The translations under genes and the position numbers were made by a program. Source: an uncultured delta proteobacterium (GTDB lineage: Bacteria > Desulfobacterota > BSN033 > UBA1163). Taken from it: a stretch of 64,000 bases of DNA. Location of the stretch: NCBI GenBank assembly GCA_963695895.1, contig CAVOIK010000011.1, forward strand, positions 34,561 through 98,560, written 5' to 3'. Positions within the stretch are counted from its first letter, which is position 1, and the number at the start of each line of letters is the position of its first letter. Shown in pieces: positions 30,335 to 39,406 of the stretch. The notes below the pieces were generated by a model, which saw only the letters and a program-made list of their open reading frames with translations, had not been told where the DNA came from and ran no database searches.

Positions 30335-30534
30335 CGTTTATACATTCTAGGTAAGAGTTAGTTTCAAGCAGTTACATGCCAATAAGTCTAGTGGTATAGA
30401 AAACTCGAGCCGGGAAGCTCCTTGTAATCCGGGGCTACCCTGGTTACGCAAATCTTGTAGCCCTATATATCCTCTGACTCCCACCATCCAAACCCCACCC
30501 AACTGGAAGAGGATATATAGGGCGTTTTTCTTTG
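30335..30534 (+). ncRNA. Candidate small RNA or long 3'UTR ending in a 16-bp stem with a 32-nt C-rich loop and a U-tract
   Basis: A possible promoter is TTGACA at 30301, 17 nt, then TATGTA, which is a weak -10. The stem gccctatatatcctct (30460-30475) pairs with agaggatatatagggc (30508-30523), followed by gtttttcttt. Confidence 0.3.
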
Positions 30535-30721
30535 TGGACCTGTTCCCCGGTCGTTGACCCGTTCGGCTGTGCCCACGGACGAAGCCCAATCATTGAAAAC
30601 GGAGCGAAAGAGCGCGGCTCAGGGTCAACCCTGAGCAAAATCTCCGGTCATGAAAAGGAGAGAGTCGAAGGGTTGACTTTTAGATCTATTTCGAAGAAAA
30701 TGCCTATTAAAGGGGTGTTCA

Positions 30722-31465
30722 GTGAAACGGTTAAACGATAGGGGCCTGCAAAGCTTGCGGCCGGTGAAGATCACACGCCATTACATGAAGCATGCCGAGG
30801 GATCGGTGCTCATTGAGATGGGAGACACGAAGGTGATCTGCTCGGCCAGTATCGAAGAGAGGGTCCCTCCCTTTTTGCGAAATACGGGAAAAGGGTGGGT
30901 GACAGCGGAATACTCCATGCTGCCGCGGTCCACACATACTCGAACCTCTCGCGACGCGATGACCGGGCGTGGGAATGGTCGCGCCTTTGAGATCCAAAGG
31001 CTGATTGGTCGGTCACTCCGATCCGTCACGGATCTCAGTGCTCTTGGAGAGAGGACAATTTGGATCGACTGCGACGTCGTTCAGGCCGATGGGGGTACGC
31101 GGACCGCTTCCATCACAGGAGCCTACGTGGCACTTGTCGATGCCTTTCGGAAGTTGGTGAAAGATGGAGTCATCGAGCAGGTTCCGGTCATGGATAGTGT
31201 GGCTGCCGTGAGTGTGGGGAAAGTGGGCGGACACATTCTCTTGGATTTGAACTATGAAGAAGACTCAAAGGCCCAGGTGGATATGAATGTAGTGATGACG
31301 GGGAGTGGAAAATTTGTCGAGGTTCAAGGAACAGCGGAAGAATCCGCCTTCACAAGACAGGAGCTCGATGAGCTGACAAGAGTTGCCCAGAAAGGAATCA
31401 GAAAGCTGATAAGAATTCAGAGAAAAGGCACTGGAGGGAAAAGGATAGATAAGAAGATACGGAGA
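30722..31465 (+). CDS. rph: Ribonuclease PH (reads through in frame into the RdgB-like region)
   Basis: [32 protein letters not shown]...[23 protein letters not shown]. No stop codon occurs before the RdgB homology begins. Confidence 0.88.
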
Positions 31466-32055
31466 GACATTCTCATCGCAACTCGAAACAAAGGAAAGCT
31501 TCGAGAATTTCGAGGGGCGCTGAGGGGCCTGGGATTTCAGGTACGTTCATTGATCGATTACCCGGATGCTCCGGGGTCAAGGAGGACGGGAAGAGCTTCT
31601 CTGAGAATGCCCTTAAGAAAGCTCGTTTCTACTCAGGATTCTTCAAGACGTTGACCATCGCCGATGATTCTGGGTTGGAAGTTGATGCGCTCAACGGACG
31701 ACCTGGAATCTACTCGGCCAGGTATGCTGGTAAGGGAGCCACGGATCGTAAGAACAAACAAAGACTCCTTGAGGAGATGAAAGGGATTCCGGCATCAAAG
31801 AGGGGCGCTCAGTTTGTTTGTTCCCTGGCTGTTGTTTCCGCTGAGGGGAAGGAAGCCGGTGTTGAAGGGATGTGCAGAGGTCGAATTGGGTTCAAGGAAG
31901 TGGGAAAGAAGGGGTTTGGATACGATGCGCTTTTTGTTCTCCCTCGATTTGGGAAGACCATGGCTCAGCTTGGGCTTGCGGAGAAGGATAGAATCAGTCA
32001 CAGAGGGAAGGCCCTCAGGAAAATGCGGAAAGTCATAAAGGACTTCAAGAGTTAG
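31466..32055 (+). CDS. rdgB: dITP/XTP pyrophosphatase RdgB-like region, indel in a G4 run near 31575
   Basis: [14 protein letters not shown]..., then after the frame correction [51 protein letters not shown] found no independent start codon. Confidence 0.8.
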
Positions 32056-32115
32056 CGGTTTGTCTGCGATTGTCTTTGATCTGAGAATGTGTTAATTTCT
32101 TAAGTTGTTAACCGT

Positions 32116-32160
32116 CGGGGCGTAGCCAGGCAGTGAAGCGCGCGTGCCTTGGGGTTCCGG
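32116..32160 (+). pseudogene. Degenerate copy of the 5' half of tRNA-Pro (unit A)
   Basis: cggggcgtagccaggcagtgaagcgcgcgtgccttgggg compared with the intact tRNA-Pro 5' half. Confidence 0.6.
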
Positions 32161-32305
32161 TACATGAAGGAATCGAGCGTTCTTGGCCCCCGAGACGGGA
32201 GCCGTACGGCGGGTTCAAACAATAAGAGAGAGCTCTGTCGAGTTTTGAAAAGCGAGCGTTGTACGAGTTAGACTTTTTTGAATTGAGGCAGTTTTGAAAT
32301 CAAGT

Positions 32306-32352
32306 CGGGGCGTAGCGCAGCCTGGTTTAGCGCGCCTGCCTTGGGGCAGGAG
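32306..32352 (+). pseudogene. Near-identical copy of the 5' two-thirds of tRNA-Pro (unit B), with 1 nt missing from the anticodon loop and no T-arm or acceptor 3' strand
   Basis: cggggcgtagcgcagcctggtttagcgcgcctgccttggggcaggagg is identical to 32513-32560 except for the loop deletion. Confidence 0.75.
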
Positions 32353-32512
32353 GGTGGCGTCGCGACGAATAAGGAGCGACTCTTGGCACGCCGCCGAGTG
32401 GTGAGCCGGCCGGACCGGCGTTCAAATAAGGAGGAACTCTTGCCACCCCGAGAGGTGAGGGGCCGGAGGCGTTCAACGATAAAGGCACTGGCACTTCGCA
32501 GACGATCAAGGT

Positions 32513-32591
32513 CGGGGCGTAGCGCAGCCTGGTTTAGCGCGCCTGCCTTGGGAGCAGGAGGTCGGCAGTTCAAATCTGCTCGCCCCGACCA
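32513..32591 (+). tRNA. tRNA-Pro (anticodon TGG), CCA encoded
   Basis: Manual cloverleaf: acceptor cggggcg/cgccccg, anticodon stem cctgc/gcagg, loop cttggga, T-loop ttcaaat. Confidence 0.85.
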
Positions 32592-32661
32592 TCCTTAAAG
32601 TGGCGAGAGCTGATCAGACGGACCTTGGTTTTAGACTTTGCACTTGAACGATTTTGACATT

Positions 32662-32738
<77 letters not shown>

Positions 32739-32805
32739 GATTGGAATTGGCTTAACGAGTCATAAAGGCCATAGATGGTGTTGATCAATGGTGATGGTGA
32801 GTGTA

Positions 32806-32883
32806 GCTCAGTTGGATAGAGCACTGGGTTGTGGCCCCAGTGGTCGGGGGTTCGAGTCCCCTCACTCACCCCATGCGCCCGTA
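32806..32883 (+). tRNA. tRNA-His (anticodon GTG) with G-1, CCA encoded
   Basis: An extra 5' G precedes the acceptor gtgagtg/cactcac. The anticodon loop is ttgtggc and the discriminator is C. Confidence 0.9.
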
Positions 32884-32884
32884 G

Positions 32885-32961
32885 CTCAGTTGGATAGAGC
32901 GTCGGACTTCGAATCCGCAGGCCGTCCGTTCGAGTCGGACCGGGCGCGCCACAAACCATGT
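32885..32961 (+). tRNA. tRNA-Arg (anticodon TCG), CCA encoded
   Basis: Acceptor gcgcccg/cgggcgc, anticodon loop cttcgaa, T-arm gtccg-ttcgagt-cggac. One T-C mismatch sits at the top of the anticodon stem. Confidence 0.8.
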
Positions 32962-33051
32962 GAGGTTTATGGCAGCCCTGAATTTTACGTAGTTCAGGGA
33001 GCCATGGACTCTGTCGCGGATAGCGAATAGATTCAGTAGCCGGTTAAAGGT

Positions 33052-33127
33052 GAGCCGTTAGCTCAACAGGTAGAGCAACTGACTCTTAATCAGTAGGTCG
33101 CAGGTTCGATTCCAGCACGGCTCACCA
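33052..33127 (+). tRNA. tRNA-Lys (anticodon CTT), CCA encoded, with an A-A mismatch in the T-stem
   Basis: Acceptor gagccgt/acggctc, anticodon loop ctcttaa, T-arm gcagg-ttcgatt-ccagc. Confidence 0.85.
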
Positions 33128-33287
33128 GATTTACCAAGTTCCGGGAACCAAGCTTCAAGGGAATTTCAAGTTAAAAACGGGCTCCAAGACCAATTGGAGA
33201 AACCACTCAGACTTCTTTTCCCCTCTGCCTTAGCTAAAAAGCTCAAGACGTCAGTCTGCTGATGCTGACACCCTCAAGTCATAAGAA

Positions 33288-33872
33288 ATGAGATCTGGCA
33301 ATACAGTAAGCCATAAGATCTACATGGGTTATGGAGATGAGACCGCAAAGGCGTATACGGCAACAAGTGCCAAGGTGCAGGTAGGTTACGGGATCTTGCT
33401 TGTAGAACATACTGAGATTGCCGAAGTCGAAAATGTTTTGGCCCAGCTTAAGAAACAATTCAATTTTGCCGATAAAGAGTTGCACGCCTCTAAAATATTC
33501 CATCCAAAGATGAGAATTAGAACGTATGGTTCATAGGTTGCTGAAACTGGGGTCTTTTCATTTATGAGCCAAATCATAAATGCAGTGGAGAACGTCTCTC
33601 ATATGGTATTTTGCACAGGAATGGTTAGAAAAGGAGAGCACAAGAGAACCACGACATATATGGAGCATATTTCTGGAAATGGAGATCAGAGAATACCGAT
33701 AGTCCTTCCCTCTTTTAACATAGAACACCATTCCAGGTTCTGCTTAGGCGGCTGTTCAGATATGATTCTTAGGCACGTCAAACAGGGCGTAAAAGAGATC
33801 ATATTGGACCCGGAAACAACGAAGGTTGAAAATATTATTGTTAATAACCGAGGCAGAAAGAACATTCCCTGA
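33288..33872 (+). pseudogene. Hypothetical protein (weakly DUF3800-like) interrupted by an in-frame TAG at 33537
   Basis: ORFs 33288..33536 and 33564..33872 are in the same frame and are separated only by one TAG. The motifs GYGDET and ELHASKIF faintly resemble DUF3800. Confidence 0.35.
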
Positions 33873-34560
33873 AACAATTAGGGGAACAATACACAGAGCA
33901 TGAGGGGATTGCGAAAAAGCCAAATCTGAAGACCATTAAGAGAGAAGACGTTAATCTTTATCCATTGCTTCAGTTGAGACTTATTTACTTATGTGTGCAT
34001 TCAGTTTCATACGGATGAGCGAACCACATTCAGAAGAATGTTCATACCCCTGTACGAAAAGATACAGCTAAGGGCTACTCGGCCAAACGGAGGATGCCGC
34101 CACCGAGAGGAAGGCCTTTCACCCTGAATCCCCTTTCCACTGAAAATCGTTATGCCCACCCAGTTCTCCCTGATCAAGCAGGTCATAGAGTGACCGCCTG
34201 AACATGCTCAACATCTTGTTCTCCGTCGGCTGAATCCTTTTTCAATCAGATTCATTTTTTAAAGGGATCTTTAATAAATGGTAATTTTTCGATCTCTGGT
34301 CTTAATGATTTTAAAGATTTAGGCCCTCGGATTTTCCAGGGTTTAATAAATGGTCCCGATCCCGCTGTAAAAAGAAGGATTTGAGATCAAATGCAGCCGT
34401 CCTCCTCATACTCTTGAGCATCTCATCTAAAGGTTTATTCTTGGCGCGTGGAGCACTTCCTGTAGTCGTGATTTGTGAAAATCCCATCTCCATGTAACAC
34501 TTCAACCGATAATAAGTAGAACGAATCCGGGGGTTGATTTGATTATCAAATCATACTATC

Positions 34561-35625
34561 ATGGGATCAAAAAACATTAAACACCGTGAGTTAGGAATGA
34601 GCGGAGTATTGTTATTCTTGATGATATTTCTTACAAGCTGTATGAAGAATGATACTGTCGCGTCTGATGGTAATACAGACAAAATCTTAGTTGAAGAAAG
34701 AAACGTAAATGGAATCTTTGCCCATATAACAACCAATGATTCCGTCCACCACATCGTGAATCATCCATCATTTAAAGGCTTTGGTCAGTTTATTCTGCCG
34801 TTGGACCGTGGTACATACGACGGGAATATGCAACTTAGTCGTGTGGGGTCTCTTTTGCCGTATCACAGCCAGGTAGAACCAGAGGCTGTAGTGAAGACAA
34901 TCAATTACATGATTGACCAAGTAGCCGAAGGAAAAACCATATTCTACAACTTCTACACCGAGCGGCAAAAGCTGGAAAAACCAGCTAAACAGAATACGGG
35001 CCTTTTCTTTTTCAAGGGTAAGCCGGGAGCCCCATTTGCCATCGTCTGCCCTGGCGGTGGCTTTTCCTATGTCGGTTCTGTTCATGAAGGTTTCCCTCAC
35101 GCTATAGAACTGAGCAAAAAAGGATATAATGCTTTCGTCCTGCAATACCGCGTGGGAGGTGAGCAGAGAGCCTGCGAAGATTTAGCGGCAGCTATATCTT
35201 ATATTTTTCAGCATGCTGAATCATTGGGCGTAAGCACGAAAGATTACTCGGTGTGGGGTAGCTCAGCGGGGGCAAGAATGGCCGCACAAATCGGTTCATA
35301 CGGCCCTGCCGGATACGGTGATTATGATCTTCCGAGACCTGGCGTTGTAGTCATGGCATATACCGGTCATTCGTCCTTCACCAAAAATGATCCACCGACT
35401 TTTGTGGTTCAAGGCGAAAATGACGGAATCGTTAATGTATCCACTGTTGACAGGCGTGTAGATGCCATGCGAAAGGCCGGAATAGAAGTCGAGTATCGTA
35501 AGTATCGGAATGTAGGCCATGGTTTTGGACTCGGCATCGGTACGAATGCCGAAGGATGGATAGAATACGCCGTTAAATTTTGGGAAAAGCACATATCTGA
35601 GAGCGTCCTGAGGGACGCCCATTAA
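34561..35625 (+). CDS. Alpha/beta hydrolase (esterase/lipase-like), probably a lipoprotein
   Basis: Oxyanion region CPGGGF, nucleophile elbow GSSAG, and catalytic His in NVGHGF. The N-terminus has LFLMIFLTSC. Confidence 0.8.
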   Translation: MGSKNIKHRELGMSGVLLFLMIFLTSCMKNDTVASDGNTDKILVEERNVNGIFAHITTNDSVHHIVNHPSFKGFGQFILPLDRGTYDGNMQLSRVGSLLPYHSQVEPEAVVKTINYMIDQVAEGKTIFYNFYTERQKLEKPAKQNTGLFFFKGKPGAPFAIVCPGGGFSYVGSVHEGFPHAIELSKKGYNAFVLQYRVGGEQRACEDLAAAISYIFQHAESLGVSTKDYSVWGSSAGARMAAQIGSYGPAGYGDYDLPRPGVVVMAYTGHSSFTKNDPPTFVVQGENDGIVNVSTVDRRVDAMRKAGIEVEYRKYRNVGHGFGLGIGTNAEGWIEYAVKFWEKHISESVLRDAH

Positions 35626-35626
35626 A

Positions 35627-35922
35627 TTATTGATTTGTTCCGGCCAACATCTCTGTAAAATGCGTATCATTAAACTTCTCGTAAACCTTCCGGGATAAGT
35701 TCAATACCTGCTGCCTCACTCTCTCCGAAATCCGATTCGGAGGAGGACGGCCTACGTTGCCGTGAATCAACCCTCTTGCTCCTTTCTGCTTCACAGCTCT
35801 CCAAATCCGTTTGGCCTGCCGGTAGGACACACCTATCTTCTCCGCCTGCCTCCCTTCAAGGTGATCTTTCCTCCCTCCACCAAACCCATCAGGTGCCACC
35901 TCTGTAACTGCCTCTGACTCAT
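35627..35922 (-). pseudogene. N-terminal fragment of an ISNCY-like transposase (HTH part only, frameshifted, catalytic domain missing)
   Basis: MSQRQLQRWHLMGLVEGGKITLK.../...GVSYRQAKRIWRAVKQKGARGLIHGNVGRPPPNRI...FNDTHFTE. Confidence 0.6.
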
Positions 35923-36134
35923 CAGAATCTTGTCCCCTTCCATAGGGGACATTTTACCTTGGCAGTTAGAGGGGACGCTTTCCCTTTGCTAACACAACGA
36001 AACAATTTTGCCGCAATTTTGCCTTGACAAAGAATATCATCTGTGATAATAAAGGATGCGTTATTTCTACCGGTTTATCTAAACAAGAAAACTACCAAAG
36101 AAGGTTGTACATTCAACATTAGAAAGGAGGGCTC

Positions 36135-37214
36135 ATGATGGCAAAACAAATTAGCCGGCGAAGTTTCCTAGAAAAATCCATAATGGCGGGGGTAGGAGTT
36201 TTGGGAGGTTCCCTATCTCTTAACAAAAAGGCTTATGCAGCAGCTAAACCGGAGATAATTATTGGATTTGATGGAGGAAGTTGGCAAGAGTTCCTTGATC
36301 AAATTTTTAGCCAGCCATTTGCCAAACAGTATAATTGTGAAATCTCTTATGATATAGGAACAGAGCTGGATAGGATAACCAAGCTCATTGCAGAAAAAAG
36401 CCAGCCTAGGGTTTGTTGCTCCAAGTTAGATACCACAGATATAGACAAATGTATTGATCTGGGGATCGTAGGAAAAATGGACCCTAAAAATGTACCAAAT
36501 CTGAAAGACATAGCTGGTGCGTTTAAGAATGAGTATTGGGCAGCAAATATAGTTGCGACTTTTGGGTTGGTTTACAATACAGAAAAAATCAAGGAAGGAA
36601 TAACAAGTTGGTGGGACCTTTGGAATCCAAAATACAAGGGTAAGGTGGGTATCCCTGTTTATGAATGGATGGGAGAAGCATTCTTGCCAATAATCAACTT
36701 TTTGGCAGGCGGTACTCCCAAAAATCTTGATCCTGGAGTGAAAAAATTGAGGGAGTACGTCAAAGAGATGAACCCAATTTTTATTTCCAATACGGATCAT
36801 GGAATTCAGCTTTTTACTCGGGGGGAGTTGTGGGCCGCGCCATTCTGGGACGGAAGAACTAGGAATCTGCAGGATAACAAGGTGCCAGTTAAGTTCGTTT
36901 TCCCTAAAGAAGGGGCTGCACCTCTTGGATATGGTCTTGCTTTGAACAAAGTGGCTAAAGCTGAAGTTAGGGAACTAACTGAGAAATACATTAATTATAC
37001 TTTGGATCCTGAGAAATTGATTCCATACTGTAGATTGACCAAATACCCTCCTACAAACTTAAAAGCTATGGAAAAACTTCCGCCTGATTTAGAAAGAATT
37101 AAGATCCCTAGGGAGGCGATGGATAATATGCTGCGGGTTGACTACTATGGCTATTCAAAAGTTACGGATAATGCCCTCGAAAGATGGAATAAGGAAATTG
37201 CAACTGCTGGTTGA
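36135..37214 (+). CDS. ABC transporter substrate-binding protein (PotD/family-1 type) with a Tat-like signal
   Basis: SRRSFLEKSIMAGVGVLGG resembles a twin-arginine signal. The fold length is SBP-like, and the ABC genes are adjacent. Confidence 0.75.
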   Translation: MMAKQISRRSFLEKSIMAGVGVLGGSLSLNKKAYAAAKPEIIIGFDGGSWQEFLDQIFSQPFAKQYNCEISYDIGTELDRITKLIAEKSQPRVCCSKLDTTDIDKCIDLGIVGKMDPKNVPNLKDIAGAFKNEYWAANIVATFGLVYNTEKIKEGITSWWDLWNPKYKGKVGIPVYEWMGEAFLPIINFLAGGTPKNLDPGVKKLREYVKEMNPIFISNTDHGIQLFTRGELWAAPFWDGRTRNLQDNKVPVKFVFPKEGAAPLGYGLALNKVAKAEVRELTEKYINYTLDPEKLIPYCRLTKYPPTNLKAMEKLPPDLERIKIPREAMDNMLRVDYYGYSKVTDNALERWNKEIATAG

Positions 37215-37236
37215 TTTATCACTTTAAAATAGTATT

Positions 37237-37279
37237 CGGGGAATGTCAGGACCGCTCCTTGCATTCCCCGACCTTTTTG
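37237..37279 (+). terminator. Intrinsic terminator after the SBP gene
   Basis: cggggaatg...cattccccg followed by acctttttg. Confidence 0.6.
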
Positions 37280-37393
37280 TATTCCTTGGGCAACCGAGGA
37301 GTATCTTTTGCCATGATCACTTCCAACCGATAATTCGTAAATATTTTCCGCTGCTCGCGTTTTTACCCAGCACTTTACATAAGGGTTAGGTCC

Positions 37394-38551
37394 ATGTACA
37401 ATTTGCTAAATTACGATCGATATGAAAAAGGTTTCTCGGAGAAAACTTATAACACGGATACGAACTATGTTTATTTAGAAAAAATCTCAAAACACTTTGG
37501 CTCAGTAAATGCGGTTGATAATATTAATTTGGAGATTAAGAAGGGCGAATTTCTTTTTCTCCTTGGACCCAGCGGATGCGGTAAAACAACTACACTCCGG
37601 ATCATTGCTGGCTTTGTCAAGCCTGACACTGGGAATGTATTTATCAATAATCAACTCATGAATCCCGTTCCAGTAAGCAAAAGGAACTTAGGGATGGTTT
37701 TCCAAAATTATGCCTTATTCCCGCACCTGACCGTTTTCGAAAATATCATCTTTGGATTAAGATTACGAAAAGCTAAAAAGGATGCCGTAGATTCAAAATT
37801 CAAAGACATGGTTCGACTTGCTAGACTCGATGAAACATTTAAGGATCGATACCCAACGCAACTGAGCGGGGGTCAACAACAGCGAGTAGCATTGGCCAGG
37901 GCTTTAAGTTGTTCCCCTGACGTATTGCTTTTAGATGAACCGTTTGGCGCACTCGACCGCAAATTGCGCAAAGAAATGCAAGTAGAGCTAAGGGAACTCC
38001 AAAAAACATTAGGCATCACAACGATATTTGTGACTCACGACCAGGAAGAAGCTCTCACCATGAGCGATCGCATTGCTGTGATGGAGTTCGGGAAAATTAT
38101 ACAAATCGATACACCCGAAGGTATTTACGAGAAGCCTAGAACAAAGTTCATAGCCGATTTCATCGGGGAAACAAATGTTTTCAAGGGAAAGGTTTCAGAA
38201 ATTTCTCAAGGCATCCTCAAAATTGAGATACGCGATAAAATGACCATTCATGCGGTTGCCCATCGATACAACTACGAGAAGGGCAAAGAAGTTTATGTCG
38301 CGATAAGGCCAGAAAAAGTGGCGTTTCAGTATGATAGACCTCTTACCTCAGTTAATTTATTTGAGGGAACTATTACGAACGTTTTGTATCTTGGTGACAA
38401 GACCCATTACTACATTAGGCTAACAACCGGTGAGAATATTGTAGCTTGCAGGCAAAATACTGAAATCAACCTCTCGAAAGATCATTATATTACTGGCAAA
38501 AAGATATTTGTTTGTTGGAATATTGAAAATACTCTTGTCCTTGAAGGTTAG
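37394..38551 (+). CDS. ABC transporter ATP-binding protein (PotA-like)
   Basis: GPSGCGKTT, LSGGQQQRVALARAL and LLLDEPFGALD, with a TOBE-like C-terminus. Confidence 0.9.
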   Translation: MYNLLNYDRYEKGFSEKTYNTDTNYVYLEKISKHFGSVNAVDNINLEIKKGEFLFLLGPSGCGKTTTLRIIAGFVKPDTGNVFINNQLMNPVPVSKRNLGMVFQNYALFPHLTVFENIIFGLRLRKAKKDAVDSKFKDMVRLARLDETFKDRYPTQLSGGQQQRVALARALSCSPDVLLLDEPFGALDRKLRKEMQVELRELQKTLGITTIFVTHDQEEALTMSDRIAVMEFGKIIQIDTPEGIYEKPRTKFIADFIGETNVFKGKVSEISQGILKIEIRDKMTIHAVAHRYNYEKGKEVYVAIRPEKVAFQYDRPLTSVNLFEGTITNVLYLGDKTHYYIRLTTGENIVACRQNTEINLSKDHYITGKKIFVCWNIENTLVLEG

Positions 38552-38592
38552 AATTCCCAAAAGTTACTTACTCTCTCACCAACTGTTTTAAA

Positions 38593-39402
38593 TCAACCCA
38601 ATTGCATTGTCTTTCCAAGACCTAGAACTCTATCTATAATTAATGCCGCTACGAATACAAATATGATCTGAATTGCAGATATCGATGCGATGACAGGACT
38701 ACTTGACCATTGAAGATATGAGAATAGCTGTATAGGTAGAGTCACCGTCTTCGGACCTGTAACGAATATTGAAGCGTCCAATTCCCCAAAGGAGGTTACA
38801 AATACGAACAGTAATCCCGCAATCACTCCAGAAGCCATTAAGGGCAAAGTAATTTTGGTGAAGATCTGAAACCGACTCGCACCCAATATTTCAGCCGCCT
38901 CCTCTATTGCTACATCTACTCCAGAAAGGCTGGCAATAACCGTCCGCATTATATAAGGCGTTGTCAGAATAACATGACATATCAAGATTGACAAAAAGGT
39001 TCCCCTCAGCTTAAGGCTTACAAAAAAATGTAACATTGACATGCCAATTATTATTGATGGAATTAGAATCGGTGAGAGCAGGAAAGTCTCCACGGCGTTC
39101 TTATACCTAAAGTTGAACCTAACCACTGCATAGGCGCTTGGGATTCCAACGATAGGCGTCAGGATCGATGCTACAAGAGCCAGTTGAAGAGAAAATCTCA
39201 AGGCTTTCACAAAGCCGGATATTTTGAAAAACTCATAGTACCACTTCAGCGAAAAGTGACTTGTTGGAATTACGAGTGAGTCAGTTGGATTGAAAGAAAC
39301 AAGTACTATAATAATGACCGGCGCAAGAAGATATGCATAAATAATGAACAAAACACAGCCAAATACGAAATAATTCAGTTTCTCAGCAGTGTCAGTTCTC
39401 AA
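38593..39402 (-). CDS. ABC transporter permease (PotC-like)
   Basis: 269 aa with six predicted transmembrane segments and an EAA-loop-like EEAAEILGASRFQIFTKITLP. Confidence 0.85.
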   Translation of the reverse strand: MRTDTAEKLNYFVFGCVLFIIYAYLLAPVIIIVLVSFNPTDSLVIPTSHFSLKWYYEFFKISGFVKALRFSLQLALVASILTPIVGIPSAYAVVRFNFRYKNAVETFLLSPILIPSIIIGMSMLHFFVSLKLRGTFLSILICHVILTTPYIMRTVIASLSGVDVAIEEAAEILGASRFQIFTKITLPLMASGVIAGLLFVFVTSFGELDASIFVTGPKTVTLPIQLFSYLQWSSSPVIASISAIQIIFVFVAALIIDRVLGLGKTMQLG

Positions 39403-39406
39403 CCCA

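Noticed and set aside
30030-30345. A minus-strand frame MYKRNIHIPSES...GGDPTSVVFSAPLYGGSPDEGVTGG, continuing after a C-run shift to about 95 aa
   Set aside because: It has no RBS and no recognisable family, and it needs an assumed frameshift. It also overlaps the plus-strand promoter-like site. The evidence is too weak to call a gene.
32306-32591. An intron-containing or split tRNA-Pro (5' half at 32306, 3' half at 32560)
   Set aside because: The downstream tRNA-Pro at 32513-32591 is complete on its own, so no 3' half is left to pair with unit B. The intervening 160 nt shows none of the group I intron core elements.
33537-33539. An in-frame TAG as pyrrolysine or programmed readthrough
   Set aside because: There are no pyl genes or PYLIS-like context in the window. 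The gene lies in a decaying island among IS debris, so a simple nonsense mutation is the more economical explanation.
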